From an uncultured Clostridia bacterium (lineage in GTDB: Bacteria > Bacillota > Clostridia > RUG12999), in contig CAMNSU010000001.1 of the NCBI GenBank assembly GCA_946555455.1, positions 112,690 to 176,689 of the forward strand: 64,000 bases of DNA. The letters run 5' to 3'. Of this stretch, positions 10,992 through 22,800 are shown piece by piece. The notes under the pieces are model-generated. The model had not been told where the DNA came from and did no database searches. It saw only the letters and a program-made list of their open reading frames with translations. Each line of letters opens with the position of its first letter. Position 1 is the stretch's first letter. The position numbers and the translations under genes were made by a program.

Positions 10992-11052
10992 ATTATACCA
11001 CTACAATGTCCATGCTGTCAAGTCTCTGGAGCACTTGTAATAAAAATGTAAC
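10992..11052 (-). promoter_or_regulatory. S-layer promoter P1 with upstream WalR-type direct repeat
   Basis: TTGACA (11021-11016), 18 nt, TATAAT (10997-10992) with extended TG; TGTAAT-AAAAA-TGTAAC at 11036-11052. Confidence 0.7.
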
Positions 11053-11201
11053 GTAACAGAACTTTATTTCCCTTGACATAACGCCGTTCTGCCTGTTTCT
11101 TTTCCTTTCAGGCGCCGCCGCGCACCTGACATTCGCATCTTATGTAGTGATATTTGCCGCTTACGCGGCATTTTTTGGATGAGAGTTCCAACTCTTGAAC
11201 C

Positions 11202-11230
11202 ATTATAACATATATTTTTTCTAAGGTCAA
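11202..11230 (-). promoter_or_regulatory. S-layer promoter P2
   Basis: TTGACC, 17 nt, TATAAT with extended TG. Confidence 0.65.
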
Positions 11231-11473
11231 TGGGAAATCTATCTTTTTTCAGTTTTGTATATCTTTGAAAGTTTTTCGCACCACTTTAAATTATAATTTG
11301 TTTATAATTCCTAAGAAATGCGTCTGAAAGACCTCCCAAGGTCGTTCCCCTCACTCATTACAGTTTGTTAGACGCGCCGTTTTTCAATTTGTTCCCGTTT
11401 TTTTTAATTTTTTTTATTTCCCAGGTAATTTTTTTATTTATCTCATCATCGCGGCGCGGCTATGATGTGGTTT

Positions 11474-11579
11474 CCGGCGTTGTACAGATGATATTCCCTC
11501 ACCGGTATTCCTCCACCGCCTTCGGCACAAATATCCCTGTGATTCGCTTCTCCCAAGGGAGACTAATCGGAAACGCCAG
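11474..11579 (-). ncRNA. Candidate structured RNA of unknown family
   Basis: Nested stems CTGGCGTT/AACGCCGG, TCTCCC/GGGAGA, ACAGG.GATATTT/GAATATC.TCTGT; TATAAT at 11601-11596. Confidence 0.35.
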
Positions 11580-11680
11580 TATGTTGAGTTTCTTCATTAT
11601 ATACCAGAAACCTTATCTATCAGAAACCTTTACCCATATATTAAAAAATCTTTTATTTAGGCATCTTTACCCGATTTTCC

Positions 11681-13285
<1,605 letters not shown>

Positions 13286-13408
13286 TCACGCCTCCTTTTT
13301 TCTAAAAAACAGGCTTCGACCTACTTCTTTCCTTTCAAAGTTTGTCTCAGCCATCTTATTATTTTCCATTTCTCTCCTATCATCAGATAGGCAACTACAT
13401 ACCTTATT

Positions 13409-13437
13409 ATTGTAATATGCATTTGGATTTGTGTCAA
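13409..13437 (-). promoter_or_regulatory. pyrG sigma-A promoter
   Basis: TTGACA, 17 nt, TACAAT. Confidence 0.65.
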
Positions 13438-13540
13438 GTATATTTTTCAACAAAAATTCCCACAGATGTTTTACCATTTCTTCTGATTGCCGTGCTATGG
13501 CGCGGCACACAAGCTGCAATATGATTTCGCCCCCGTTTCT

Positions 13541-13581
13541 TAAGCAAACAAAAGTCGAACCGCGTGTGGTCTTCGACTTTT
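13541..13581. repeat. Degenerate member of the CTAG-repeat family, copy C
   Basis: TAAGCAAACAAAAGTCGAA matches 21133-21151 at 18/19; followed by inverted TTCGACTTTT. Confidence 0.6.
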
Positions 13582-13722
13582 TATTTTTGAATGCAAGAAG
13601 TAAAAATTTTTGCAAAAAACGGCGTGCTTTTTGCCTGATTCGCCCAAAAATGAAATATTTTTTATTTATCTATTGCATTTTTCATAAATCTATTGTATAC
13701 TGTTACATGAACAAATGAATAA

Positions 13723-13829
13723 GTGCAGAGTAGGTTTTGATGCGTTAAGTGATAAAAAGACGGGAAGTTGCTTTTTATACGAAAAATCCATTTCGGTGGA
13801 TTTGCGGTATCAAGACCGCATTCCGCTGC
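13723..13829 (+). promoter_or_regulatory. Tetrahydrofolate (THF) riboswitch aptamer
   Basis: GCAGAGTAGG..GCGTTAAGTG..GGGAAGTTGC..ACGAAA..TGCGG..CCGCATTCCGCTGC fits the THF consensus; lies upstream of folT; promoter TTGCAT-17-TATACT at 13673-13701. Confidence 0.92.
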
Positions 13830-13884
13830 TGCTTTTGCAAAGATACTAGAATCAAATTCCCCCTTATGTGATTTGGTATAGATA

Positions 13885-13926
13885 AAAAAGGATAGCGGAA
13901 CCAATCTGGCTCCGCTATCCTTTTTT
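13885..13926 (+). terminator. Attenuator terminator of the THF riboswitch
   Basis: GGATAGCGGA..TCCGCTATCC followed by TTTTTT, between the aptamer and folT. Confidence 0.8.
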
Positions 13927-14041
13927 ATCTGCGGAATGACTTTCACTTCAGCAAAAAATAAGAATACGGCATCGTATTCATTTTTTGCTGAAACTGCGCC
14001 ATCGGCGCCGTTTGTATCTTTTTTATGATGAGGTGAAGGCA

Positions 14042-14626
14042 TTGCAAAACAAAAAAACTCTTTCCGTACGCGCCATTGTATTCATTGGCGTTTTTGCGGC
14101 GCTGGACATCGTATTAACGCGTCCGTTCCGTACACTCGGTGCACCCTTTAATTTTGGGTTCGTTGCCATTGCCACAGCAGGTACGTTTTTTGGTCCTGTC
14201 TATGGCGCTTTTACAGCACTCGTATCTGATATTTTGGGATATCTGCTGTTTCCGCAAACGAAACCATATTTTCCGGGCTACGCAATCACGGCGGTTTCAC
14301 GCGCACTGGTTTACGCATTCCTGTTTTACCGTAACCCCGTGATGCATCTGAGCAAAGACACCAAACTGTTTGCTTGGTGCAAGGCTGTCGCCCTCTGCGT
14401 AATTGCCAGCGGTCTTAACATCACTATCAACCTATTTACATTACCGCTTTGGCAAGTCATTACTTCCGGAACCTATCAATCCTATTGGTTTTTTGTTCTC
14501 AAACGGATTCCCAATTCCCTGCTGTTCTGGGGAATCCAAATTGTTACGTTGCCTCTGCTCATGCGGTATCTTGCGCCGCTGCGCGAAAAATATGCGCCGG
14601 AATCGATTCGATTGCGCAAGGTCTAA
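14042..14626 (+). CDS. folT: Folate ECF transporter S component
   Basis: Multi-TM protein with IGVFAALDIVL, FFGPVYG, SDILGYLLFP..YFPGY; TTG start after GAGGTG; downstream of a THF riboswitch. Confidence 0.88.
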   Translation: MQNKKTLSVRAIVFIGVFAALDIVLTRPFRTLGAPFNFGFVAIATAGTFFGPVYGAFTALVSDILGYLLFPQTKPYFPGYAITAVSRALVYAFLFYRNPVMHLSKDTKLFAWCKAVALCVIASGLNITINLFTLPLWQVITSGTYQSYWFFVLKRIPNSLLFWGIQIVTLPLLMRYLAPLREKYAPESIRLRKV

Positions 14627-14631
14627 GTGGG

Positions 14632-14663
14632 TAGGTATAAGAGAATCAACGCTCTTATGCCCA
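14632..14663. repeat. Degenerate CTAG-repeat-like palindrome, copy D
   Basis: TAGGTATAAGAG-AATCAACG-CTCTTATGCCCA, 5 nt after the folT stop. Confidence 0.4.
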
Positions 14664-14675
14664 ATATACACCATC

Positions 14676-14710
14676 AGACAGGAGAGGGAAATCCCTCTCC
14701 TGTCTTTTTT
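14676..14710 (+). terminator. folT terminator
   Basis: AGACAGGAGAGGGA-AA-TCCCTCTCCTGTCT plus T-run. Confidence 0.85.
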
Positions 14711-14842
14711 GGTAAATACCACTTTGAAATCATTTTTTCCTAAAAAATGTTATTCTAAATGAGAAGAATATGCTTTTACAGATTTTCCGTATACAGAAAG
14801 GGGCAGAGAAAAAGCGTTTTTTCTCTGCCCCTTGATATTTTT

Positions 14843-16144
14843 CTATAACTCTTTTTTTATGGTTTCTATCACGTCCAGCGCGCGGAGCGAAATCTGCAAA
14901 TTCCGTTCTCGTTTCTTTTTCACTTTCTTGTCCAGTCCGTCCATGATGCCGAATGTTACGTTCATGGGCTGAAATTTTGAAACTGCGCCGCCGGAAATAT
15001 AGTGTGCCAATGCGCCGGTTGCCGTCGTGCGTGGGAAAACCAAGTCCTCTTTCCCCTGCAAGCGGCGCGCCAGATTCACACCTGCCACAAAGCCGGAGGC
15101 AGTGGATTCTATGTAGCCCTCCACGCCTGTCATCTGTCCTGCAAAATAGACGCCGTTTCCATTTTTCAGCCGGTAGGTACGATCCAGCAAGGTGGGCGAA
15201 TTGATATAGGTATTGCGGTGCATGACGCCGTAGCGCACAAATTCCGCATTCTTCAGCGCCGGAATCATACCAAATACGCGTTTTTGTTCTCCCCATTTGA
15301 GGTGGGTCTGAAAACCAACAATATTATAGAGCGTTCCTTCACGGTTATCCTGCCGGAGCTGCACCACTGCATAGGGCTGTCCGCCGCCGCGCGGATCCTC
15401 CAATCCAACCGGTTTGAGCGGTCCGAACAACATGGTATCATGACCGCGGCGCGCCATGGTCTCAATTGGCATACACCCTTCAAACACCACTTCTCTGTCC
15501 GCTTCGCTGCGCGGCGCACGCTCTGCGTGCACCAACGCTTCCCAAAACGCTTCATATTCCTCGCGGTTCATGGGGCAATTGATATAATCCGCTTCGCCGC
15601 GGCCATAGCGCGACGCACGGAATGCACTTTCAAAATCAATAGATTCCAGCGTCACAATCGGCGCGGCAGCGTCGTAGAAATAAAGCTGCTGACCGCCGGT
15701 CAACGCCGCAATTTTCTCTGCCAGCGCGTCGCTGGTCAGCGGCCCTGTTGCCACCACCGCATTTTGTTCCGGCAGACTCGTCACTTCCTCGCGCACCAGC
15801 GTGATGTTCGGGTGCTGCTGCACCGCTTCCGTCACCGCACGCGAAAACAAATCCCTGTCCACTGCCACCGCGCCGCCCGCCGGAACAATGGTTTTATCGA
15901 TACAGCGCATAATCAGCGAATCCATGCGGCGCAGTTCTTCTTTCAGCAGTCCCACGGCATTTTCCAGTTGACCCGAGCGGAAGGAGTTGCTGCACACCAG
16001 TTCCGCCAACCCTTCGCTGTGGTGGGCGGGAGAAAATTTCTGCGGTTTCATTTCATAGAGCCGGACGGCGATACCGCGCTGCGCCAGTTGATAGGCGGCT
16101 TCACTGCCCGCCAGTCCGCCGCCGATAACAATTGCTTCTTCCAT
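14843..16144 (-). CDS. trmFO: Methylenetetrahydrofolate:tRNA (uracil-5)-methyltransferase
   Basis: [56 protein letters not shown]. Confidence 0.97.
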   Translation of the reverse strand: MEEAIVIGGGLAGSEAAYQLAQRGIAVRLYEMKPQKFSPAHHSEGLAELVCSNSFRSGQLENAVGLLKEELRRMDSLIMRCIDKTIVPAGGAVAVDRDLFSRAVTEAVQQHPNITLVREEVTSLPEQNAVVATGPLTSDALAEKIAALTGGQQLYFYDAAAPIVTLESIDFESAFRASRYGRGEADYINCPMNREEYEAFWEALVHAERAPRSEADREVVFEGCMPIETMARRGHDTMLFGPLKPVGLEDPRGGGQPYAVVQLRQDNREGTLYNIVGFQTHLKWGEQKRVFGMIPALKNAEFVRYGVMHRNTYINSPTLLDRTYRLKNGNGVYFAGQMTGVEGYIESTASGFVAGVNLARRLQGKEDLVFPRTTATGALAHYISGGAVSKFQPMNVTFGIMDGLDKKVKKKRERNLQISLRALDVIETIKKEL

Positions 16145-18265
16145 TTATTCGTTTCCTTCCGTCGGTTTCTTTTTCTCTTTCTTCGCATTATAGCTGCATT
16201 CCTCATCAATGCAGACAAAAGAATCCTTCATCAGTCTGCCGCGCATCGTCCGCTGCAACAGCATTTTGCCGCAGACCGGACATTTATCGTTGGTCGGCAG
16301 GTTCCAACTCATGAAATCGCAGTCCGGATGCTTTTCACAGCCATAGTATTTCACGCCTTTGCGGGATTTTTTCTCCAGCAGTTTCGCGCCGCATTTAGGG
16401 CAATCTACGCCGATTTCCGTTTGTATCGGGCGCGCGTTACGGCATTCCGGAAAGCCCGGGCACGCCAAAAATTTCCCATAGCGCCCGTCGCGTATCACCA
16501 TCATGCGTCCGCATTTTTCGCAGGGAATGTCCGTTTCCTCCGGTTTGATTTCCACATGCGGAATTTTGCTGTCCGCGTCTTGAATGACTTTTTCAAACGG
16601 CCCGTAGAAATCGCGGATAATCTCTTTCCAGTCGCGCCGTCCGTCCTCCACGTCGTCCAGTTTCTGTTCCATGTCCGCAGTAAATCCGCTGTCCACAATG
16701 CTTGTAAAATGTTCTTTCATCAAATTGGTCACAATTTCTCCCAGTTCCGTGGGTACCAGCGACCGTTTTTCTTTTATCACATAGTTGCGTGCCAAAATGG
16801 TTGCCACTGTCGGCGCATAGGTGCTCGGGCGTCCAATGCCCTGTTCCTCCATGGCGCGCACCAGCGTCGCTTCGGTATACCGTGCGGGCGGCTGCGTAAA
16901 ATGCTGCACCGGGTCGATTTTATTCACAGCGAGCTCGTCACCCGCTTCCATATCCGGCAGTTTCTGTTCCTTTTCCTTGCCTTTTTCTTCGTCTTTGCCT
17001 TCTTCATATAGTGTCAGGAAGCCAGGGAACAATACTGTGGAACCGGTTGCACGGAACAGATATGCGCCCGCGCTGATGTTCACTGTCATGGTTTCAATCT
17101 TCGCTTCCGCCATCTGGCTGGCGATGAATCGTTCCCAAATCAATTTATATAATTTGTTCTGGTCGCTGGTCAAGGACTCAGAAATCTGCTGCGGCGTATA
17201 GGAAACAACAGATGGTCGAATCGCTTCATGCGCGTCCTGTGCATTTTTTCCTTTTTTATAGGTACGCGGCGACGCGGGCAAAAAATTGTCGCCATAAGTC
17301 GCTTTGATATAGTCTTTTGCTGCCAATGCCGCTTCGTTTGCCACACGTGTCGAATCGGTACGCATATAGGTAATCAGTCCGACTGCGCCTTCCCCTTTGA
17401 GTTCCACGCCTTCATAGAGCTGCTGGGCAATACGCATGGTTTTCGACGGCGTAAAGCCGAGTTTGCGCGCCGCTTCCTGCTGCAAACTGCTGGTGATAAA
17501 CGGCGGCGCGGGCTGCCGTTTTTTCGGCGTCCGTTTTACGCTGTCAACCAAAAACGCCTGATGTTCCACCGCTTGCAGAATCTCTTTTGCCTGCGTCTCG
17601 TTTTTCACGTCAATTTTGCCTTTTTTGTCGCCATAGAATTTCGCTTTGAACTTTTTGCGCGTTTTTTTGTGCGTCAACGCCGCGTCAAGCGACCAATATT
17701 CCTCCGGCTCAAAATTCAAAATCTCATTTTCCCGTTCGCAAATCATGCGCAGCGCCACCGACTGCACGCGTCCTGCGGACAGACCTTTGCGCACTTTGCG
17801 CCACAAAATAGGGCTGATACTATAACCCACCACGCGGTCCAGCACACGCCGCGCCTGCTGTGCGTCTACCAAATTATAATCAATGTCGCGCGGGTTTTGA
17901 ATTGCTGTTTTTACAGCGTCTTTGGTAATCTCGTTAAACACCACGCGGCTCGTTTTTTTCTCATCCAATTCCAGCGCATTCATCAAATGCCACGAAATGG
18001 CTTCCCCTTCGCGGTCAGGGTCAGTCGCGAGAATGACGTCGTCGCTGGATTTTGCCGCTGTTTTCAATTTTTTAATCAGCGGCCCCTTGCCGCGGATATT
18101 CAAATATTTCGGTTCAAAATCATGTTCCAAATCAACACCCATTGTACTTTTGGGCAAATCACGCACATGTCCCATAGACGCTTCCACTTTATAGGTGCGT
18201 CCCAAATATTTCCCAATGGTTTTCGCCTTGGCGGGCGATTCCACAATCACTAAATGTTTTGCCAT
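16145..18265 (-). CDS. topA: DNA topoisomerase I
   Basis: LVIVESPAKAKTI, ATDPDREGEAI, SAGRVQS, ITYMRTDS, C-terminal zinc ribbons. Confidence 0.98.
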   Translation of the reverse strand: MAKHLVIVESPAKAKTIGKYLGRTYKVEASMGHVRDLPKSTMGVDLEHDFEPKYLNIRGKGPLIKKLKTAAKSSDDVILATDPDREGEAISWHLMNALELDEKKTSRVVFNEITKDAVKTAIQNPRDIDYNLVDAQQARRVLDRVVGYSISPILWRKVRKGLSAGRVQSVALRMICERENEILNFEPEEYWSLDAALTHKKTRKKFKAKFYGDKKGKIDVKNETQAKEILQAVEHQAFLVDSVKRTPKKRQPAPPFITSSLQQEAARKLGFTPSKTMRIAQQLYEGVELKGEGAVGLITYMRTDSTRVANEAALAAKDYIKATYGDNFLPASPRTYKKGKNAQDAHEAIRPSVVSYTPQQISESLTSDQNKLYKLIWERFIASQMAEAKIETMTVNISAGAYLFRATGSTVLFPGFLTLYEEGKDEEKGKEKEQKLPDMEAGDELAVNKIDPVQHFTQPPARYTEATLVRAMEEQGIGRPSTYAPTVATILARNYVIKEKRSLVPTELGEIVTNLMKEHFTSIVDSGFTADMEQKLDDVEDGRRDWKEIIRDFYGPFEKVIQDADSKIPHVEIKPEETDIPCEKCGRMMVIRDGRYGKFLACPGFPECRNARPIQTEIGVDCPKCGAKLLEKKSRKGVKYYGCEKHPDCDFMSWNLPTNDKCPVCGKMLLQRTMRGRLMKDSFVCIDEECSYNAKKEKKKPTEGNE

Positions 18266-18291
18266 AGTCTTTATTTACCTCCTATCCGCGT

Positions 18292-19398
18292 TTATTTCTG
18301 CAATCCGAAAAACTTGCCGGGCATGGTGTAAATCACCTGTTTCATTTCCAGCATTGTCATATGCATACCAAGTTCCGCCACATTCATTCCGGTAAGCTGG
18401 CACAGTTCTTCCAGTTGTCTTGGGCCATCGCCCAGCAACGCTAAAATCTTCTTTTCTTCTTCTGTTAATAATAACCTTGCCTGTTCTTTCTGCATTTCTA
18501 TTTCTTTATGCAATAAATGTCCATATACTGCTTCAAATTCTTCCACAACATCGTCCGCTGAAGTCACCAGTTTCGCTTCACCGCGTGCAATCAGCCGATT
18601 ACAAAGTTTAGAAGTTGCCTGATTGATATTTCCGGGCACGGCAAACATTTCGCGGCTCTGTTCATTCGCATGGTGAATCGTGATACTGGCGCCGCTTTTA
18701 TCGCCGCCTTCCACTGCAATCGCACCCAACGCCAGTCCGCTGACAATGCGGTTCTTGATTGGAAAATGTTCCGGATACGGCTTTGCGTCAAATGGAAATT
18801 CACTCACCACGCAGCCGTTATTCATAATATCCACCATCAAATCCTTATGAATGCTCGGATACGGCTTATTCACGCCGTTTCCTAAAACAGCAATGGTTTT
18901 CCCCTGCGCGTCCAGCGCGCCGCGGTGGGCGCAGCCGTCAATACCTTCCGCCATGCCGCTGATGATGGTAAAACCTGCCTTTGCCAAATCCCGCGCCAAA
19001 GTGAAGGCGCATTCCCTGCCATAGTCCGTACACTTTCTCGTACCGACAATGGCTATGGCAAGTTCCAGACAATCTTGAAAATGTTTACCGCGCCGGTATA
19101 ATACCAGCGGCGGATTGGGAATTTCCCGCAACTGTTCAGGATAGCGTTCGTCATCATAGGCAATCAGTTCCACGCGGTGTTGCGCGGCAAACTCCAATTC
19201 TCGCTCTACGCTGTCCATTCGTTTGTCGCTCAGCAAATCCAGCACCTTTTCATTGTCAAATCCTGCCGCCATATAGTCCTCACGTTTCATATGGTACAGA
19301 ATTTCTACATCTGGTTCCTCCTGCCAAATTCTATATTTCAGTTCGTGCCGCTCTTGCATTGCCATCACGAACCACAACCAATACCGAATATCTGTCAT
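18292..19398 (-). CDS. dprA: DNA-processing protein A
   Basis: AIVGTR, ISGMAEGIDGCAH, FPIKNRIVSGL; canonical dprA-topA-trmFO order. Confidence 0.95.
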   Translation of the reverse strand: MTDIRYWLWFVMAMQERHELKYRIWQEEPDVEILYHMKREDYMAAGFDNEKVLDLLSDKRMDSVERELEFAAQHRVELIAYDDERYPEQLREIPNPPLVLYRRGKHFQDCLELAIAIVGTRKCTDYGRECAFTLARDLAKAGFTIISGMAEGIDGCAHRGALDAQGKTIAVLGNGVNKPYPSIHKDLMVDIMNNGCVVSEFPFDAKPYPEHFPIKNRIVSGLALGAIAVEGGDKSGASITIHHANEQSREMFAVPGNINQATSKLCNRLIARGEAKLVTSADDVVEEFEAVYGHLLHKEIEMQKEQARLLLTEEEKKILALLGDGPRQLEELCQLTGMNVAELGMHMTMLEMKQVIYTMPGKFFGLQK

Positions 19399-19608
19399 AC
19401 TTTCACCGGCTTTTTCTGTAAAATCAGGGCGGAGAATACCAGTTTCCAGCGCCCTGTTCGTCGCATTCTTTTCCTCTTTGGGTTAAAATGTCGCAAGCTA
19501 AATGCGTGTGATTTTAGTTTACGCCATTCTGAGATACTGTTTTATACAATACTATAGGAAAGAATTTTTGTAAAGCGGCAAAAATAAAATTTATCTTCCA
19601 TTTTCTTC

Positions 19609-20391
19609 TTATTTCTCATTTATTCTCTGTCGGACTACCTCATACAACAGAACTGCTGCTGCACAAGCAACATTGAGTGATTCTGCCTGTCCCGGCATGG
19701 GAATTTCAACGTGATGACTACACTGTTCCAGCAAGTTTTTGGTCAGTCCGTTTGCCTCATTTCCCACGCATAACACGGTTTTTCCCTTGAAATCGGTTTC
19801 ATAAGGCGTTTCCTGCGCGCCAAGCGCCGCCGCACAGGTTAGAAACCCTTGTTCGTTCAACCATGCTGCCGTCCCCGCTGCGTCCCGCTGCACGGCTACA
19901 GGAATATGGTACAGAGACGACATGGTCGCGCGTACGGTTTTGGGATTATATAAATCCGCGCAGCCGCACAGCACTACGCCGTCTGCACCCGCCGCGTCCG
20001 CACAGCGCACCAGCGTTCCTAAGTTACCAGGGTCTGATACGTTTTCACACAGTAGCAGCAAGGCATTTTCTTTGTCCGCCATCGCTGCCAAATCCGCTTC
20101 CGGCATGTGCAGCGATGCAACGATTCCCTGCGGTGTAACGGTATCGCTGACAGCGCGCAGCACCTGGTCTGTTACCAAAACGCATTTTTCTTCCGGCAGA
20201 CCTTCTATGGTTCCCGCCAAATCCTTGCGCAAAAAGATAACGTCCACTGCCATACCGTCTGCGCACGCTTCTTTCACCATTTTTTCGCCTTCCACCACAA
20301 ACAATCCCATCTGCTGGCGATATTTTTTGTTTTGCATACATTTGCGCAACGCTTTGACTTTTCCATTTTGTGCGGATGTGATGTATTCCAT
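19609..20391 (-). CDS. TrmH/SpoU-family RNA 2'-O-methyltransferase
   Basis: FVVEGEKMV, SDPGNLGTLVR, GNEANGL, IPMPGQAESLNVA. Confidence 0.93.
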   Translation of the reverse strand: MEYITSAQNGKVKALRKCMQNKKYRQQMGLFVVEGEKMVKEACADGMAVDVIFLRKDLAGTIEGLPEEKCVLVTDQVLRAVSDTVTPQGIVASLHMPEADLAAMADKENALLLLCENVSDPGNLGTLVRCADAAGADGVVLCGCADLYNPKTVRATMSSLYHIPVAVQRDAAGTAAWLNEQGFLTCAAALGAQETPYETDFKGKTVLCVGNEANGLTKNLLEQCSHHVEIPMPGQAESLNVACAAAVLLYEVVRQRINEK

Positions 20392-20459
20392 ACATAACCC
20401 TCTCTTTTTTCTGCACGCGCAAAAAGCCAGAACGATATCTGGCTTTCCGGCAGCGAAAA

Positions 20460-21110
20460 CTATTTTTCTCTGATTTTATCAATATTCCGGTTATGTCCCA
20501 CCACAACCAAAATATCGTCCTCCTGAATTTTATAATCCGCTCGCGGCGACACCACAACATCTCGTCCTTCCTTCGCTGCCATGACGGTAACGCCATAGAC
20601 TTTACGCATATTAAGTTCGTCCAGCGTTTTGCCAATCCAACTGGGCAGCGGACGCACCTCCACAATGCTGTGATCCTCCGACAATTCAATCATATCCACA
20701 ATATGACTCGATGCAAGTGACTGAACAAACTTGATTCCCATGTCGCGCTCCGGCAGGACAACGCGGTCTGCGCCGACTTTTTTCAAAATCCTGCCATGCA
20801 GTTCCGTTGCCGCGCGCGCCACAATGAAATTCACGCCCAACTCCCGCAGCAGGACGGTGGACAAAATGCTGGTTTCAATTTTGCCGCCCACTGCCACAAT
20901 CGCACCGTCAAAATTGCGTGCGCCCACTGCTTTGAGCACGGATTCGTCCGTACAGTCTCCCACGATTGCATGAGTCACATGGTTCTGTATCTCATTGATG
21001 ATTTCTTCGTCTTCATCGATTGCCAGCACTTCATATCCTTTGGCATACAGCGATTTGCTGACCGCTTCACCAAACCGTCCCAGTCCCAGCACCATATAGG
21101 ATTCTTTCAT
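20460..21110 (-). CDS. ktrA: Ktr/Trk potassium uptake regulatory (RCK) subunit
   Basis: VLGLGRFG, GADRVVLPERDMG, TrkA_C domain. Confidence 0.9.
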   Translation of the reverse strand: MKESYMVLGLGRFGEAVSKSLYAKGYEVLAIDEDEEIINEIQNHVTHAIVGDCTDESVLKAVGARNFDGAIVAVGGKIETSILSTVLLRELGVNFIVARAATELHGRILKKVGADRVVLPERDMGIKFVQSLASSHIVDMIELSEDHSIVEVRPLPSWIGKTLDELNMRKVYGVTVMAAKEGRDVVVSPRADYKIQEDDILVVVGHNRNIDKIREK

Positions 21111-21131
21111 AATATCTTTCCTCGCTTTCCA

Positions 21132-21160
21132 CTAGGCAAACAAAAGTCGAATATACCTAG
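21132..21160. repeat. CTAG-bounded short repeat, copy E, between ktrB and ktrA
   Basis: CTAG-GCAAACAAAAGTCGAATATAC-CTAG; the right CTAG contains the ktrB TAG stop. Confidence 0.75.
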
Positions 21161-22548
21161 CCAACCATGAGCTGCGCTCGTGGATAACGTATTTTACTGT
21201 TATAATCATGTTGTTTTGCGGCAATCGCAAAACCAATCGTCAGCACGCCAACGCGTCCAAAGAACATGAGTATCATAATCACACCTTTACCGATACCGGT
21301 TAAATCGGGTGTGAGCGATTGCGTAAGCCCCACCGTACCAAATGCGGACACAGCTTCAAACATAATTCTTTGCAGTCCTGCCTGCTCTGAAAAAGACATA
21401 ACCAAAATGCTGACAAACAGCACTAAAATGGCAATCAAGATAATGCTGACCGCGCGCAGGATAATGCCATGTCCAATATGTTTTCCATGTACATTGACCG
21501 TTTTGGAGCCGCGGATAATGTTGTGCACTGTGATTAAAATGACTGCCAGCGTCACGGTTTTCACACCGCCCGCCGTAGAGCCGGGCGAGCCGCCAATGAA
21601 CATTAAAATCATGGAAACAAACTTGCTCATCTCTGTCATTGCGCCCTGGTCAATGGTATTAAACCCCGCCGTTCTGGTCGTGACCGACTGGAAAAAGGAC
21701 GCTAATATCTTGTGCGGCAAAGACATATACCCAATCGTTTCCGTGTTATGATATTCAAACACAAAAAACATCACCGCGCCAAACAGCGTCAATGCGGCAG
21801 TCATAAACAGCACCAGTCTGGTTTGCAGTTTTATTTGATAGCCTTCGCCCGGTCTGTAGCGGTATAAGTCCGCCCAGACAAAAAAGCCCAAACCGCCGAA
21901 CACCACCAGTCCCATAATGGTGACATTGATGACAAAATCGCCCGCATAGGGCGTGAGACTGGCAAATGCGCCGTATCTTCCCATCACATCAAAACCGGCA
22001 TTGCAAAATGCTGAAATTGCTGTGAAGACGCCGCGGTAAATGCCGCCCAGAAACCCAAATTCCGGAATCAGCCGCGCGGACAAAATCAATGCGCCGCTGC
22101 CTTCCACCATGAACGTTACCATCAGCACCCGCTTTGCCAGCCACACAATCCCCTGAATTTCCGACTGGTTAAACGATTCCACCATAATCAGCCGTTCCCG
22201 CAGCGATATTTTGCGACGCAGCAAAAAAGACACCAAACACGCCATGGTGATAAACCCCAGACCGCCAATTTGAATCAACGCCAAAATAATCAGTTGTCCG
22301 AATATGTTCCAATGCGCCGCCGTGTCCACCACCACCAACCCTGTTACGCAGGTGGCGCTGGTCGCCGTAAAAAGTGCGTCAAGAAACGGCGTTCCTACGC
22401 CGCTTTTTGTACAAAACGGCAGCGAAAGCAATATGGAACCTGTCAAAATCACTGCCATAAATCCAAAAATAATAATTTGTGTCGGCCGCAGCAGCGCAGA
22501 CAGGCTTCTGCGGTTTTGAATGAACTGTCTTATTTTGTTCAATCTCAT
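21157..22548 (-). CDS. ktrB: Ktr/TrkH potassium uptake membrane subunit
   Basis: FTATSATCVTGL, SAFCNAGF, TTRTAGFN, SPGSTAGGVK, SAFGTVGL. Confidence 0.92.
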   Translation of the reverse strand: MRLNKIRQFIQNRRSLSALLRPTQIIIFGFMAVILTGSILLSLPFCTKSGVGTPFLDALFTATSATCVTGLVVVDTAAHWNIFGQLIILALIQIGGLGFITMACLVSFLLRRKISLRERLIMVESFNQSEIQGIVWLAKRVLMVTFMVEGSGALILSARLIPEFGFLGGIYRGVFTAISAFCNAGFDVMGRYGAFASLTPYAGDFVINVTIMGLVVFGGLGFFVWADLYRYRPGEGYQIKLQTRLVLFMTAALTLFGAVMFFVFEYHNTETIGYMSLPHKILASFFQSVTTRTAGFNTIDQGAMTEMSKFVSMILMFIGGSPGSTAGGVKTVTLAVILITVHNIIRGSKTVNVHGKHIGHGIILRAVSIILIAILVLFVSILVMSFSEQAGLQRIMFEAVSAFGTVGLTQSLTPDLTGIGKGVIMILMFFGRVGVLTIGFAIAAKQHDYNSKIRYPRAQLMVG

Positions 22549-22772
22549 GTCCCCCGCTTTGTATCAATTCCGCAACTATTGTTTGCTCTCTTGCGTGGTT
22601 TTATCCATCTATCTCATATGATTGCAGCAAATGGGAATGATCTCCTGCTATTTCCATGCCGCTGTTTTTCACGCCATCGGGCTGCGAAAAGCAAACTCGC
22701 TTGACTTTGCAATGAATGGTATGACTGATAAAAGCCGCTTTCAAATTTTTTCATATCAAAAAAACGGTTCCA

Positions 22773-22800
22773 TCAAAGAAAGCCGCCCTACGGCGGCTTT
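22773..22800 (-). terminator. Terminator after the infC-rpmI-rplT operon
   Basis: AAAGCCGCC-GTAG-GGCGGCTTTCTTT. Confidence 0.7.

Noticed and set aside
11476-11577. Hammerhead- or HDV-like ribozyme on the plus strand (GAAAC, CAGATGA, CTGTGA, TCCTCC)
   Set aside because: No intact CUGANGA core or HDV pseudoknot, and G-U pairs favour the minus strand
15002-17011. 669-aa plus-strand ORF, and similar long ORFs at 25643, 29384 and 45366
   Set aside because: Antisense shadows of well-supported minus-strand genes with no recognisable motifs
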